A DNA stretch of 64,000 bases from Felis catus. Its lineage: Eukaryota. The stretch lies in contig NC_058368.1 in assembly GCF_018350175.1 (NCBI RefSeq), forward strand, positions 162,566,001 through 162,630,000. The letters are read 5' to 3'. The translations under genes and the position numbers were made by a program. The notes under the pieces are model-generated. The model did no database searches, was not told the DNA's origin, and worked only from the letters and a program-made list of their open reading frames with translations. Of the stretch, positions 35,467-50,157 are shown in pieces (positions within the stretch are counted from its first letter, which is position 1; the number at the start of each line of letters is the position of its first letter).

Positions 35467-36327
35467 TTTGGCATTAAGCATAGTACCTCCCAGGTAGAAA
35501 GCATAATGAATGATATTAATGTGTATCCCAGAAGATTCACCAATGGCTCTTAACATAGGAAGATAAGGGAAAGAAGCAGATTCTATAAGATAATTAGAGC
35601 CCTGTACTTAAATAAATCTGTGTGTGTATGAGGAAAGATTATGAATTTTGGCCATTGTAATAGCAAAACCAAATACATTTTATGAAACTCATGTACACAT
35701 GGAAAGCTCCCAACATTACTCAGTGACATCAGCACATAGTGGCTTTGTGACATTAGTCAACTTACCTATCCTTCTCAGGCATCAGTTGGGTCATGAAAAG
35801 GATACATGTAAAATGATTAGCATGCATTTGCCATGTTGCTCCTGCATAACAAATACTATTGCCACTAATAACTGTAATGCATTTAAAGATTCTTTTCATA
35901 AATGCCATCTCCTTAACAACAAATTTTAAGGAAAGATACTTTTTGTGTTTTTTTCTCCAGTGTGATTTTTATCTCATCTTGAGTTTGGCACTTTTTTCCA
36001 TTAAAGTCTATGTAATTTCATAGTGAAAAACGAACAGTGTTTTAGGCCTATGCTTTTGCTGCCAACTTCTACTTTTTGGTAACATGTTTTTTCATTTTTT
36101 GCAAACTGTTTCCAAAGATGTCATTTTCCTTAGCCTAGAAAGCTACCAACATTTCGTATACATCTAGAATCACTTCTGATGTTTTTACTTAACTCAAACT
36201 GCATGTTGTTATCAATAATGATATTAATCCTACAAATGACAGCTTCTTGCATTGATAGAAAGCCTGCTATCAATCAGTACAAGACTTTTCCATATTTGAA
36301 GCAATTCTGGGACATAAGCAAGTATTT

Positions 36328-36545
36328 AAAAAAAATTTTTTTCAACGTTTATTTATTTTTGGGACAGAGAGAGACAGAGCATGAACAGGGGAGGGGCAGA
36401 GAGAGAGGGAGACACAGAATCGGAAACAGGCTCCAGGCTCTGAGCCATCAGCCCAGAGCCTGACGCGGGGCTCGAACTCACGGACAGCGAGATCGTGACC
36501 TGGCTGAAGTCGGACGCTTAACCGACTGCGCCACCCAGGCGCCCC
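36328..36545 (-). mobile_element. Young feline Can-SINE
   Basis: TSD ataagcaagtattt (36314-36327 / 36546-36559). Confidence 0.97.
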
Positions 36546-36754
36546 ATAAGCAAGTATTTTAATAGCTGTTTCCTTCTTTCTTGTAGCACAGAGACAAGGT
36601 TATTGCTGACATGGAATTGAAAACTGATGAAGCAAATGCAAAACTTAAAATTAATGGAAATATTTCAAACCATTTCCTGGGGAAATGGTCTAAATCCAAC
36701 TAAGAAAATTACACACTACCATTATAAAATAAAGTAGTCACTGTGCAAAACAAT

Positions 36755-36814
36755 GGAAGGAAGGAAGGAAGGAAGGAAGGAAGGAAGGAAGGAAGGAAGG
36801 AAGGAAGGAAGGAA
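36755..36814. repeat. (GGAA)n microsatellite
   Basis: About 15 perfect units. Confidence 0.97.
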
Positions 36815-39261
36815 ACTATTTAAAAGCAAAGATTTTTTTGTGTTCATGCAGGAAATTAAATACTGTGCTTTCCATTGTCCTCATGCACTAAAATATCTGA
36901 TTTTCTACTTGAAATGTATGGAATGTCAAACCTTAGATAAACTGAACATATAATAATTTATTAGTATTTTATTACTTTGTGTTTTCTAAGAATTGTTATC
37001 ACTACTCAGTTTGGTCTGGACACAAACAATAATATGAAAGATATTTAAGTATGTTATGATCACATGGTACTGAACTAGAAATGCCATGTTCTCTTCAGCA
37101 AATTTATTCTGGAATATATGTTCATGAGTTCATTTTGATCATGTATCTATGGATCAGAGAACACACCATTTCTGTCTAAACTTGGCTTACCATAAATCTC
37201 TCTAATAAAGAAATCATGTACACACACAACACTCACATGTTGTTTTCTAACATGGTAACTGTTCTTCCTAATATCAGTGATTACAAATTATTACATTTTC
37301 TCTTATGTTAACTTAAGTACTGACTATAATCCTCATTAAAATATAAATTCTAAAATGTAAACATCATGTCTACTATATTCACCAGTGCTTTCTACCACGT
37401 AGCATGGTGTCCTGGCATTTGCTAAAATACAATTGAAATTTTTGCAAAAAATATTGTAGACTAATCTTGTATACTATGCAGAAGCAGCTTCAGTGTCTTA
37501 GCTCATAGGTCTAATCCCTGACATTATGTAGGTCATATATTGCTCTATTTTTTAATAACCATGAATTGGGGGGGGGGAGGGAAGAAAAAAAGTGCTTTTT
37601 TTGAAACATACATAGTGTTGCACTTTCATTGTCACGCCTGCCGTCACTTTTGTTACTGGACAAAACAGGTGCAGGTTAAAATAAAACACAATGTAATTAT
37701 AATAAGGTCTAGCATATCCATAACTGAATCACCCATGACTTCTCAGCTACACCTCCATGATTTTAGATCTTGACAGTATTCAAGTGAGTTAAAACCATTT
37801 CAGTGACTCATTAAAGCATCCCTTTATTCATTGAATCATTCATTCATTCTTTCTTTCTTCGCTGAATCAATGGTGAGAGAGGATCTTCCTAGTAGGCAGT
37901 GTGCACTATTCTCTGGTTCGTTAATATCTAGTTGGTTATGACATTTGCTAGTGCTCCTGAATGCCTGTACCAATAGCTATCTGCACACAAACTCGTGAAT
38001 TACTCTTAACCCATCTCCATTTCATTTGTTTCAAATGTCCTTGTACTCCACCAGTGTCCTTCATTTTATGTATTTATTTTTCATGCCTCTGCTCCTTTTC
38101 TTCACCATATGATTAGGGAAAAATGGACAATTCATCATTGCTTGAAATAGAACTTCCCTAGCCACCTGCTTCTGGTAGTTGCCACTCAACCATGTATTCC
38201 ACAGAGCAAGAGCTGCCCAACTCTATCATTAACCTGCTCCTTCAAGAAAGCTGAGCTGGCTGAGGTCACAGTGCTACCCTGCAGGTGTGTGTGCTCATAG
38301 TAGACTTAAGTCTGAGCAGTAAGTCAAAGACTTACATTCAGACTGCATTTTAGCATAGATCTTAAAAAAAAGAGAGTTGACTAATAAGTAATTTTCTACA
38401 CTTCAAAATTATATTAGAAATTCAATAATCAGTACTCAATATTTCATGTTCACGTGTTTCTGCATCTAAATCTTGATGGAATAAACAGGAACATGAACTA
38501 TTGTTGGAAAAATGCAGTTCGATAAACAAAGAAGATCATGATCTCTTATAGTTTTTAAAGGAAAATTATCAGTAATAGGAGAGAGCTGGTACCTCAAAAA
38601 AGGATAAATGGATTGAATTTTATAACAGGAAGGGGTGGGAATGTTGTAATTTAGGTTAAAATAACAAACATCAATATAAACTCATTTAAAAATTCATTAC
38701 CTGTCTCTAAAGAGGGCTGAAAGCTCCTGGCATTGGCCTTCCTACCACCAGTGAACGTACCATTCTCCCACAGCACCCAAATCCAGGCCTCTACTACTGT
38801 CTTCAAGTTTTAATCACCAAAGGTAACAAATGTAGATAGCACGCAGCAACATTAAAATGTGCTATTAAGAATTATACATATATCACTTTTTAAAATAAAA
38901 TAAAAACTTTAGAATACATGGGATCATTTATAAGCTAGGGCAAAAAACAAAGACAACGATTAGGTATGAAGAAATGAATAAAAAAAGAAAATATCAACCC
39001 ATTAAAATTTATTTTTTCAAAACAAAGAACTCATCTTTTAGAAATAAATGACTGTACAAATTCCTCACTGAATTTCCCAAAGATTTTGTAAATTATAATT
39101 TTATAGAACTGAGATATCATGTTTGACGATTTCAACAACCCAAAAATATGAGTCAAATGATGGAGGGCATCTGCTTAAATGCTAAATCTTAAATACTATG
39201 CTTTCGCCTAAGTAATAAAATCCAACTTGTGAACATTTTTTTTCTTTTTCTTTATGAACCT

Positions 39262-39386
39262 ATATAAGATAATGGTTAACTAAACTCATCATGGTAACCA
39301 TTTCACAATATATATAAATCATTATGCTGTACACCTTCAACTTATACAGTGCTGTATCTCAACTATATCTCAAACTACAGAAAAAA
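39262..39386 (+). mobile_element. Short L1M 3' end
   Basis: tggtaaccatttcacaatatat..atgctgtacacctt..tatatctcaa. Confidence 0.75.
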
Positions 39387-40121
39387 TCCTGGTTTTGAAG
39401 TAGATGTCCAGAATAAACAGTATTTTCAAACAACCTGGAGCTTCATAGATCTGAGCCCTGCCTACACAATATTTAATCTCCACTTGGTTTGGTGCACTCA
39501 TCGCAAGATCCATTGCCCAAAGTTGCTGCTACAACATGGATCAACTTTTGGTGAGATTTATAGTTTCCAGCTAGAAATTCAGCTCCTCCCTTGGCTAAAG
39601 CACCAACAAGCAGGACATGCTTTCCACACTCCAGGACTTTTTTCAGTTTTTTCCCAACTTAGACTTAAGCCCCCTACATACACACACATACACACACACA
39701 CACACACGTAAACTCAGTGAAATGGGATGAAGCCCAGGATGACTGGTGGTAGTGGGAACTGTGGCAAATTCCCTGAGTCCACACTAGGGAGTAGGCTGAA
39801 CAGGTGACTAAGTATGACAATCTCCTATCTTGATGGCTCATTTCTGTTTCCACGGTTTTATTTATCTGCCTTACATAAGTTACTCAATCATGTATTTTGG
39901 AAACTTACTGCAGAACACAATAGGTTTATTATATGGCTTGTACATCAAGTCAAGTAGTTAACAATTCTCTCATGTTACCTTCTAACTTTCAATTATTTCT
40001 CTAACATTTCACTAAAAATTTTAACAATTATACTTTGTGATAAAATTAAGCAACTTATACTAAAGGAAACAAGGGGGAAGTATTCTATCATTCACTTATG
40101 AAACAATAGGGAAATAGTAAT

Positions 40122-40270
40122 TAGGGTATGATTTATCACAAATTGGAATTTCAGATAAAGAATTTTTTAAATATAAGTATGTCCCAAATGTTGTATGGAA
40201 CACACTAAAATCACTGTTTGCCTGAAATTCAAATTTGACTAGATGTCCTGTATTTTACCTGGCAACTCTC
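40122..40270. mobile_element. MER53 palindromic DNA element (partly deleted)
   Basis: gaatttcagata..tataagtatgtccca..ctgaaattcaaattt..tcctgtatttt..ctggcaactct matches the recalled MER53 consensus. Confidence 0.75.
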
Positions 40271-42198
40271 AGTTAGTGTGAAGATTAGAATGAATCTGAC
40301 ATGACTATATTATATAGGAATATTACATGTATACTGAGGAATACAGGAAAACTAATCCACACATCCAAAAATGCATTTTCCTAAGCAGAAATAGGAACTC
40401 TGCATTTGTACACTGACATTTGAAAGTTTGATGTTTTGGCTGCTTAAGCATTAAAAGTGACTTGAGAAAATATCACTGGAGGATTATTATCACTACAAGA
40501 TCTGTTTATAGTGAAGATTCATTAAGAGAGAATGGTAGCCTATTTTGTTGCTGAAATTTATGATGATTATACTTTTAGGTTACTAATAAAAGTTAAAAAG
40601 TGGGGAAGAGGAAGATACATAAAAGTAGATTAAAAAACATGTAGCAAAGAAAAAGCCCATCAATTTTTGTGGTTTAAGGTGATTATCATTGTGCCTTCCT
40701 CAGTGCCAAAAGGTTTTAAGAACACCCCAAACCAAAAATCTGAGGGGCATTCTACCTACTGAATATAACTTTTACCATAACTCTTACTCAAAAAAAGCAA
40801 TTAGCTTTTTTGAGACATTTCTTGAGGCCATATATGCTCCTGAATAGCAGGTCTCCTTCATTTTCAAAACCCATACTGTCCAGCACTCTGCCCCCACAGC
40901 ACTTTGCTCATTGCATCATGTCAGTAAGTAATCAAATTATTAAATTCAAATTAATTATACTAAACCCCAACTCAAAGCATACCAGGTGATGTGTTTCACA
41001 AGGGGAAAGAGTACTTGGCGTAATTTTGATGACAGATGAGCAGAAGAACCAAACCATAGGTCACAGATGTTACTGTACATTCTTGGAATTCAGTAAACTA
41101 CAGAATGGAAAACCATCCATGTGCCTATCACATGTGTTTGCTATGAATTTTTTTAAGAAATAGAAAATGGCAAAGAAAGGCATCAATAATCTATGATAAT
41201 AGCAGTCTATATTTTCATGATGTGGCTTAAAAAGAGTCAAGATTTAGAATAAACATTAGGCCATTTAATACACTCCTTACAAATGAATTCCTCCAACAGT
41301 AAAAAATTAGCTTTATATGTTATCAACACTTAGATAAAGAGAGACCATCTTCTCTCTTTGGGGAGAAATGGGGTGAAAAAAAGCCGCTTTTTAAAACCAG
41401 GTATTTCATTTAAAATACAGCATTTCACAGTTTTATAAGGAAGTTTCTCTTTTAGATATCTTTTTTTCTACTGACTAAAATAGCAAAATATATTGCTAGA
41501 ATATAGGCAAATAAAAAAATATCTATTTTTCACATGTCTTATTTTTGGCAGTAATAATGGATTATTCTCACAATAGCTCTGATTATTAAATTGTTCAAAT
41601 TTATGAGTTGAGAAAGTCTCTTGAAAGAACCCTTATCAGGACAAAATGTTCATGTGAACTGTTATGTTTGGATTTTTGATATGCCTATAATGTGAATTAA
41701 TTGTTTTTATAAATGGTAAAGTGCTGTTCAAGACTCTATTATGCTTAATTCAGTGAGGACTTTACATTTCAGCTTGACAAGACAGATAAACATTTTAATA
41801 TAAAGTTCAGAACCTTCATATGATATCCTTTGGGAGCAAAAGGAAATGTCAAATCTTCAGAACACATTTTTTTCTAGTATGTGCAGAGGTATCAAAAGCA
41901 AGGACCACAGTGTAAATCCTGCCTGCACTCAACCCCCTAAATATGTGAATACAAGCAAGGTTGGGGCCTTGGTAAACCAGCAGGCATGATGGAAATCACA
42001 AGAACAGCAAGGCATGCTAAATGACAATTCATACTTAATTAATCACAAAAATTAAAATGGTTTATTTAGCTTTTCACACATTCGAATGCCATGTGTAAAT
42101 CTGACACTTCAATGAGCACAAATGAACACAGAAATTCTATAGCAAAATATCACTGATAAGAGTCTTCTATCCCTCAAGTGCAGTGGGACAGAAAAAGG

Positions 42199-42780
42199 TA
42201 GTTGTTTTCTATTACTGTCATAACAAATTTAGTGGCCGAAGCAAGGCAAAATTATTTTATAGTTCTGTCGGTCAAAAATCCAACATGGGTCTCATAGAGC
42301 AACATCAAGGTCTTTGGCAGAGCTGTGCTCCCTTCTAGAGGACCGAGGGGAGGATCCATTTCCTGTTCATTTGGGTCATAGACTCTAGTCCTTTGAAGTT
42401 ATAGGACTGAGATCCCTATTTCCTTGCTAGGTATTAGCCGAGGGCCTTCCCAGCTTTAAACTGCCCAAATCTCTTGGTTTATGCTTCTCTTTTACATTTT
42501 CAAAGCTAGTAACAGCAGATCAAATCTCTCTCCTGCTTGAAATTTCTTCTCCTTTCCCATCTCTATAACATCTATGTCAGCAAAGGTGCTCTCTGCTTTA
42601 AGGATTTGAGTGATTAAATTGGAACCACCTATATAATTCAGGATAATCTCCCCATCTGTGGGTCAGTACCCTTAGACACATCTGCAAAGTCCCTTTTGTC
42701 ATGTAAGGTAACATCCCCAAATTCTGGGGTTTAGAACATAGACGCCTTGATGGGGGAGGACATTATTCTACCTCCCCCAG
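42199..42780 (-). mobile_element. MLT1E-like solo LTR
   Basis: ttttctattactgtcataacaaat..aggactgagatccc..caggataatctccc..catctgcaaagtcccttttg..cattattctacct. Confidence 0.8.
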
Positions 42781-42917
42781 CCATCATACAAATAAACATT
42801 TTGAGATGTCTAATAATTTATATATAGTTCTATAAAATAAACAACAATCATGTTCACAGAGTCAGCAAGTATTATATGTGTATCCTATGTAGGTAGATTT
42901 TAGATTCCTATGAAAAG

Positions 42918-43055
42918 GGTTGAAGAGGTGATGGGGATTAAGGAGGCACGTGTGACAATCACCAGGTGTTGTATGAAAATGCTGAATCACTGAATTCTAC
43001 ACCTGATGCTAATATTAAACTGTATGTTAACTAACTGGAATTTAAATAAAAATAT
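42918..43055 (+). mobile_element. Carnivore L1 3' terminal fragment
   Basis: gtgatggggattaaggag..tgaatcactgaattctacacctga..ctgtatgttaactaactggaatttaaataaaa. Confidence 0.85.
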
Positions 43056-44559
43056 GGGAGAAAAAGTCAATAAATTTGCACATACAATGATACCTATGGT
43101 GTTGATTAAAGAGCAAAAATGTATTTTTGAGATTTCTGAGTAAGGCAAATTGTAAAAGGTGGTCTTAATAAAACATTCTAAAAGAAATTGTATAAACAGT
43201 CTCTAGTAGAGACCTTTAGGAATATTCACAGTGGCATTTGGGAAAGTCTGGTGAGCATCAGTATATTATTCAGTAAAACATCATTTCTGATTAGCTAAGC
43301 CTTCTTTTAACATTTTCACCACATGCTCATTGGGTTTTTCCCCTGCAACACTTGGACTGACACCTAATTGTTGTTATACAGGAAGACAAGGTCATCCTTG
43401 TCAACTAAGTTGTAAATGTAGAGGGCATGAATTATGCCATATATGTATTTTGCATGCCTCCTTCAGTCTCCCATTTGCAGCCTTACACAATGATTACTAT
43501 GTGCTATGCAATAAATGTGTTTATTTGCTTCATCCAGTAATGAGATGCATGCATCCATTCAATTTTTGTCATATATTATCCTGCCTATTTGGCACTGGGA
43601 ACATTTTTATTTAGGAAGTTATTTAGAAATGATCCCCCTAGGAGTGAAACTACTACATGTCCTTAGCACACATGGATCACTCACACCGTTACCTAAGTTT
43701 GAAAGTTGAGAACATTAGGGTCAATTACATGTTTACACATGTCTGGTGAATATAATTACCATGTCTGAAGCACTTATTTTTAATACACCTTGGCATCTAG
43801 TAGAGATTAGGTGTGAAATTCAAATAACATGTTAGCTTTCTTATTTATATATTTTACGTGAAACTATTATGAGCAGGGTATGAGTGTGAACAGATTTGAC
43901 TATTTAATCATCTTCTTACTGGGGAAATTTGGCTCAAAAGTTTGACATCCCTTGGAAAGACAGCTTTAACATATACTATTTTGTTTATATTTGTGGTCTT
44001 CTTTACTTCCTGCTTGGAATAGATCTGCTAAATGTCTTGTCTGAAAAAGTAAAATATAAAATTTCTTCTTGTTTAAAGAGGTAACAAGACTAGAAAGCCA
44101 TGAAGGTTATTCACACTTGCCAAGCTGATAAATTGGACTGAAGGGAAAACAGATCCTAAGTATAAGAATCAATTCATGTTTTCTACTAAGACATTTGCCA
44201 TAATTATAATGTCATTCTTGATAGATTGACTCTTTTAATTCTCATCTATAACCTATCTAGTGTTTTCCCCAAATAAAACAAAACTGTTCATTGAACTGTA
44301 CATTTTGTTTAGAAAATTAGTCATATCACAGATTTGGACATCTATTTTATACACGTAAATATGTTATTTAAGGAATATATTGTAGCAATGAGACTTTTAT
44401 ATTCACCAACAATTTGTATAATATTTTAAATATTTTATAATAAATGTGTATTCATATTTGCCTACTACTGTTTTATAAATCAAAAAGGGAGCTATTTTCT
44501 TTCAATAATTAATGCCAAGTAGTACATAATTAACATTTGTGATGGTAGCTAATTATTAA

Positions 44560-44838
44560 GAGTCAGTTTCACTTAATAATGTTTTATTGAAGCCATGAAC
44601 ATTATTTTCAGGGAAAGGGAAAATAACTGGCAGTATTGTAGTCAAGATAAACATTTTCTCTTTCAAGGGAAATTAGAATTTTTGGAAAACTTGAATCTGC
44701 CACCCTGAGCTGGAGTTTCCCAATGCTCAGGACTTTCCTGATGAGATTTGGTGGTAGTCAAAATAGTTTTGACCTTTTGAACTTCTTGAAAGTGTTAGGT
44801 CCCATATGGGGCCACGGACCATATATTGAGGACTGCTG
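44560..44838. mobile_element. Rearranged Charlie1 fragment (internal piece on +, 5' terminus on -)
   Basis: 44560-44758 matches Charlie1 internal sequence (also seen at ~6320 and ~6610-6720); 44761-44838 is the reverse complement of the Charlie1 5' TIR region. Confidence 0.7.
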
Positions 44839-45185
44839 GTGTTGTAAAGGCTGATTTTAAATGTGCACATTTGTGTGTGTGTGTGTGTGTGTGTGTGTTT
44901 ATTTAGTTTTGTGACCTACAAATAAAAGTATATATTTTTTTCTAATGTTCAAGAAGCATTTACTAAAATTATTTCTATAGTGGCATATAAAGAAAATCTC
45001 AGTAAACACCTAAAGACAAATATAATACAAGACAATACCTGTTCACTGGGAAACAATTAAGGTCTTTTTTCAAAACAAATAAAATCAACCTCAAGTAATT
45101 CAAAAGAGTGAAAATGTTTTAAGAGTACTAAATAACATATAAATTAACTCTAACTGAATTGAATATATACTATTTAGAAATTAAA

Positions 45186-45405
45186 GGGACACCTGGGTGG
45201 TTCAGTCAGTTAAGCGTCCAACTTTGGCTCAGGTCATGACCTCACAATTTGTGAGTTCGAGCCCCATGTCAGGCTCTGTGCTGACACCTCAGAGCCTGGA
45301 GCCTGCTTCAGATTCTGTGTCTCCCTCCTCTCTGACTCTCCCCCACTCACACCCTGTCTCTGTCTCTCTCTTGGGAATAAATAAACATTAAAAACAATTT
45401 TTTAC
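45186..45405 (+). mobile_element. Can-SINE
   Basis: TSD agaaattaaag. Confidence 0.93.
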
Positions 45406-45879
45406 AGAAATTAAAGACTATATATATGTATATATATGTGTATTTACTTTAACATGATATTTAATAAAATATCTATTTAATATATGATTTCTTATGTTAT
45501 CTTTAATATATGATATCTTTACACACGCTATTTCACAAAGCTATACACAGAATTAAACTTAAAGCTTTACTGTTTTAATCAACAAATAGGAATTATTGCA
45601 TTGAACATTTCACTTAAACCCTAAACAAGATAAAAACCAAAACAAGTACCATTTTTAACAGTAATTAAACTAGTAGTGTTTATATTAAGATGAAAAGAAT
45701 GCCAAACACCGGTAAGCTTAACAAAACAACTTATTCTGCTATATATCATTCAGATATTATGTCCTTGTAATATTATATTTGATGAAGTTTCTAATTATTG
45801 TTTAATTATGCCACAAAAAATTTGCTAATTTTGGAAGAGACACTGATGTCTACTGTGATAATAATAAAAGACAAATTAT

Positions 45880-46880
45880 TGACATTACCAACAAAATGAG
45901 AGATCATAAAAAATTCAAGAATGTTTCTCAATTTCATTAGCAGTCAAGTTTGTTCTCTAAGGCCTAGCTAAAGTATTAAAAAGAAAGAGAATAATAGACA
46001 TAAAGAGTTGAAATGTGAATGTAATTTTAGCATTATTCACATATGAGAATTTACCTGAAAATGACAGGAAACTACATTTTATGAAAGCAAAACCTATTCC
46101 GTGTAGCAGCAATTACTAACCAGAAAATAGAATGGGATACATCTAAATTTGATAATATCATTTTAAGGAAATAAACACCCCTCTGTGTGGGTGTATTTGT
46201 GTATGTGTTTTTCTATATTTGTATCAGCACAATAAAATGGTTGTGGAAGGAGGCACAGTGAATGATAAAACAGTAAAGGGACAATGAAAAAGGTTGGAGA
46301 AAACTGCAATGTTTTCTTCTTTATACAAATTTATGTGAATTTTTGTTACAGTTAAATACATATTATGCTTTTAAACAGAAATAATTCATAGGCATTCACT
46401 AAATAAAAATACAAATATGTATATAAAAAAAACAAAAGAGACAGAAAAACAGAGGGAAGATTCATGTACCAGAGTAGGAAACCCCAATATTACAAACATG
46501 ATATTTTGCCAATAAAACTGTCTCAGTTCAGGACTTGACAAAATTATATTAAATACAGATTGGAATAGGAAAAATAATGCCACCAAGAATTCTCTGGAGG
46601 AAGAAAGGTAAAGAGAAAAGATTTTCTCTGCCAACTACTAAGAAAGAATATCATTAAATCTATCTTTAATTAAAAAATATAGTTTTAAGGTATCAGAATT
46701 GAAAGCCTGCATTATACTAATTTTTACTACAATATGACAATGTGACATTTTAAACTGAACATAAAGCATTAGATTGTCAAATGAGACTTAAATCAGAAAT
46801 CTTACCCAGTACAAAGTTTCACTAATTTCGAGAATACAAGCGATCAAGGGACATAGATACCCCTTAGATTATTTAACACA
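45880..46880 (+). mobile_element. Highly decayed ancient L1 ORF2 remnant
   Basis: A-rich, with faint RT-region motifs (aggcctagcta..aaagaaagagaataatagacata; attcatgtaccag..aatattacaaacatg). Confidence 0.45.
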
Positions 46881-47199
46881 ACAGAATGTGTTTATGTCAC
46901 AAAATATCTGCTTATCACATCAGAGTATAGCTTATATTGTATTCTCTGAAGAGTCATGTCTCATAAATCTAGAGTATAGGTTTATTTACGAGAAGCAACC
47001 ATATACCTGGAACACCCTTGAGGTGCTTTCTATAGAGCAGGGCTTTTCTCCTACGAAGTATTATTTTCCCATTTAACAGGATGTCATTTATTTGTGGTGA
47101 AATTAGACGGGGTCATCTTTCTTTCCCTGGAAACATCTCTCCCAACTCCTTAATCAGAAAACAAATGGGTTACAGACTCACTGCTTTAATTCTTTGCTC

Positions 47200-47511
47200 A
47201 AGATTTTTCTATGTGGTCTCTCTGCACATCAGCTAATTTTAGCTTTTTTTCATACCATGGAAATCTCTAGAAAATAACAGTTCTTATATAATAGTAGGAA
47301 GCTTCAAGAGTATTCTAGAGCACAAAGCAGAAGTAGCACCAAATTTTAAGACATAACCTCAAAAATCACATAGTATCAATTTTAGTATACTTTATTGCTT
47401 ATAACAGTAAAAACATATAAATCAATAGTTTTTAAAAGTTCCACCCAGTTATAAGAGGAGCGGATAGAGAATAATCATTGTGGCCAACTTCAAAAAATAT
47501 AACCCCCCACA
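47200..47511 (-). mobile_element. MLT1F/G/H-like LTR fragment
   Basis: ctatgtggtctctct..gcagaagtagca..aaaatcacatagtatca..gtggccaacttc..ccaca. Confidence 0.55.
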
Positions 47512-48040
47512 TCCCACCCTATGTCTAAAATAAATTACCTTTCCACGTAGCTATATAATATGGGCACAGGCATAAAACAATCACTATAGCTACCACACTA
47601 AGAATAAATATTACCCTACCTAAGAATTTTGGTGATTATGTGATAAATTTTTAGCCTGCTAGTAATAATTACCATCATTTTTAAAAATCTGGAGATACCA
47701 ATGGGGAGAGCACTGTAAAGATTGCTATGGCCATTTGGACTTTTCCAAATAAAGGACTTTTCTACTCCTGATTTCTTGTTTATTAAAATAGTCTATCTTC
47801 TCTGCCCTGCAAATATGAATATGAATTGTTACATACTACAAGTAAATATAGCTTTTGCCAAAACTTTAATTTACCTCTTGCCAAGTACCATATCCTGGCT
47901 TTAAAAAGCAGGAACAGATCTGAAAGCAGACTTAAAAGATATTCAGCAAAGGACTTAACATGGATCTTTAATCCAAGCAGTGGAAAAATAAGCAGATGTA
48001 CTGAGTTAAGTAGGTAAAAAGTAGCACAAGTTTTTTGTTT

Positions 48041-48266
48041 TATTATTATTTTTTTAAGTTTATCCATTTGGAAGGAGAGAGCAAGTGCACATGGGTGATT
48101 GAGTGAGGGAGGGGCAAAGAGAGAGGGGAAAGAGGGAATACCAAGCAGATTCTGGGCTGTCAGTGCAGAGCCCAGCAAAGGGCTCGAACTCACAAACCCA
48201 TGAGGTCATGACCTGAGCTGAAATCAAGGGTTAGTCGCTTAACCTCCTAGGCCACCCAGGCACCTC
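48041..48266 (-). mobile_element. Can-SINE
   Basis: Reverse-complement SINE; degenerate TSD gtagca(c/a)aa. Confidence 0.9.
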
Positions 48267-49963
48267 GAAGGTAGCAAAATTTGTAAATCAGAGAAGTACG
48301 GTGTTATAAGAACCTAGAGTTGTTATCAAATTTCAGAAGGCACAGATATTGGATCTGTAACACAGAAGAATTCTGCCCCAAACCTCTACCCATACTCACT
48401 AGTATTTTCATTGGACAGTACAGACAGATATGGAAATTGACTCAAGCTTCTTTAACACCTATGATCAGCTGACATAGTGACAGAAATCAAAATCCTATCA
48501 AGAACAAATTGAGTTGGCCCAATTTAGGGGGGGAAATCAACAAAACAAAATTCTGATTAACTCAGAACATGACTTTATTTCATTTCTGAGCTAAAAACCT
48601 ACATCTAGTTAGCAGATTCAACTAATGAGTATTTTTAGATGCTTAGGTATGAGGACCAATTACATACTTAGAAGCTAAAGTCAGTCTGCTATATTTTCAC
48701 CTCATTCTGTCTTTTTAAAATGGAACAAATATGTCAAAGACAGGCAGCAGAGAAACAGGAGTTACCACTATAAATGAACTTAAGAGTTCTATATACAAAA
48801 TACAGAAGGAGAACAAAGTTTATAAGGTATGAAGAGTTGAGTGTGAGACTCACAGAGCTTGAGATAATAGACCATGGATGATGGTAACTATAATTTACTT
48901 TTGAACAGTTCATTTTAGATAGTATTATGTTTTAGCTACCAACCTAGGATAGTCATTTATCATGACTGATAATTCATTCTCCAGGGATGGCCAGATATTT
49001 TTCAACAAAAAAGGGCTGTCCTAAAGGCTGCTACAAATGCTTTAGCACCCCTTCCCTCCTTTATTGTTTTGGTATTTGAAAAATAAATATTAGAAATGTT
49101 TTTTTAAGTTAAAATAAATCCTTTAATGAGTATAGTAGATGACTTAATATAAGGACATTCATTGTTAAAATCACTACTATGTATTTTTACACTGTGAAAA
49201 CACTGACATATTTTACAAAAGCATTTTAGTCTAGGATAAAGTAGAAATAAGAAAAATAGAATGGTCTCTCATGATAAATAGGTTGCAAAATACCATTCTG
49301 GAATATATTCACATCTGCCCACAGGGACCTTTTCCCTGCAAGGAACAGTGAGATAATCTTAAATGGTAGAGAACCCAAACTCTAAGTGTAGGCAATGGGT
49401 CACATAAACTTCTTCGTACTTGCTTACTAATAATTTCTATATGTGTGGCAGAAGTTGGTCTGAAACTAACTTTCACTAATTCAAATAGTTGTTTGTAACC
49501 AAACTGCCTTAGATCAGTTGATCATCTGAAAAAAATTCAGTGGAGCGTCAAAAACAGATCAAGATGAGAGAAATGTCTTTGAGTATTATTAGTGTAGAAG
49601 GAAATGTGCAGGTGAGATCAGACACACCAAGTGATTGGACTGAGACCTTGCAACCCGTTGGGTGAAAACATAGTGTAAAAACGATGTTAGCTCAACCATC
49701 TGACGGTAAGTTATGAAGGACTGTTTTATTACATTCAATTATTATATGACCAAATCATTTTTTTTCATTCATAACCCTATTACTATGTATGTGGACTCTT
49801 CTTTTGCACTGAGTCGTTATTACCTAATGTCACAATTATTGGTTTACTTTAAAATCTTCAAAAAAAAAGTCTGTGTAGCTCAGGGCAGAACCACATCTTG
49901 TTTGTGCTGCACACACCACGTTTTCAGTTAGTGTCTGGCTTTTAACAAGCAATCACTAATTAC

Positions 49964-49976
49964 ATAATAAATAACA

Positions 49977-50015
<39 letters not shown>

Positions 50016-50021
50016 AATAAA
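49964..50021. repeat. (TAAA)n microsatellite
   Basis: Direct reading. Confidence 0.9.
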
Positions 50022-50157
50022 GCATATGTATGTGTATTTGAAAATATGTATATATATGAGTATGTATATATATGCATATACATGTATATATCTATTTATC
50101 ATACTATTGGTATTTGGATTTTTGAAAGAACTCAAAAGACTTCATAAAACTTTCCCC

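Noticed and set aside
43330..43614. Cys/His-rich ORF resembling a zinc-binding protein
   Set aside because: No regular motif spacing or splice context; TG/CA-rich composition explains it. It might be a conserved non-coding element, which cannot be judged without alignments.
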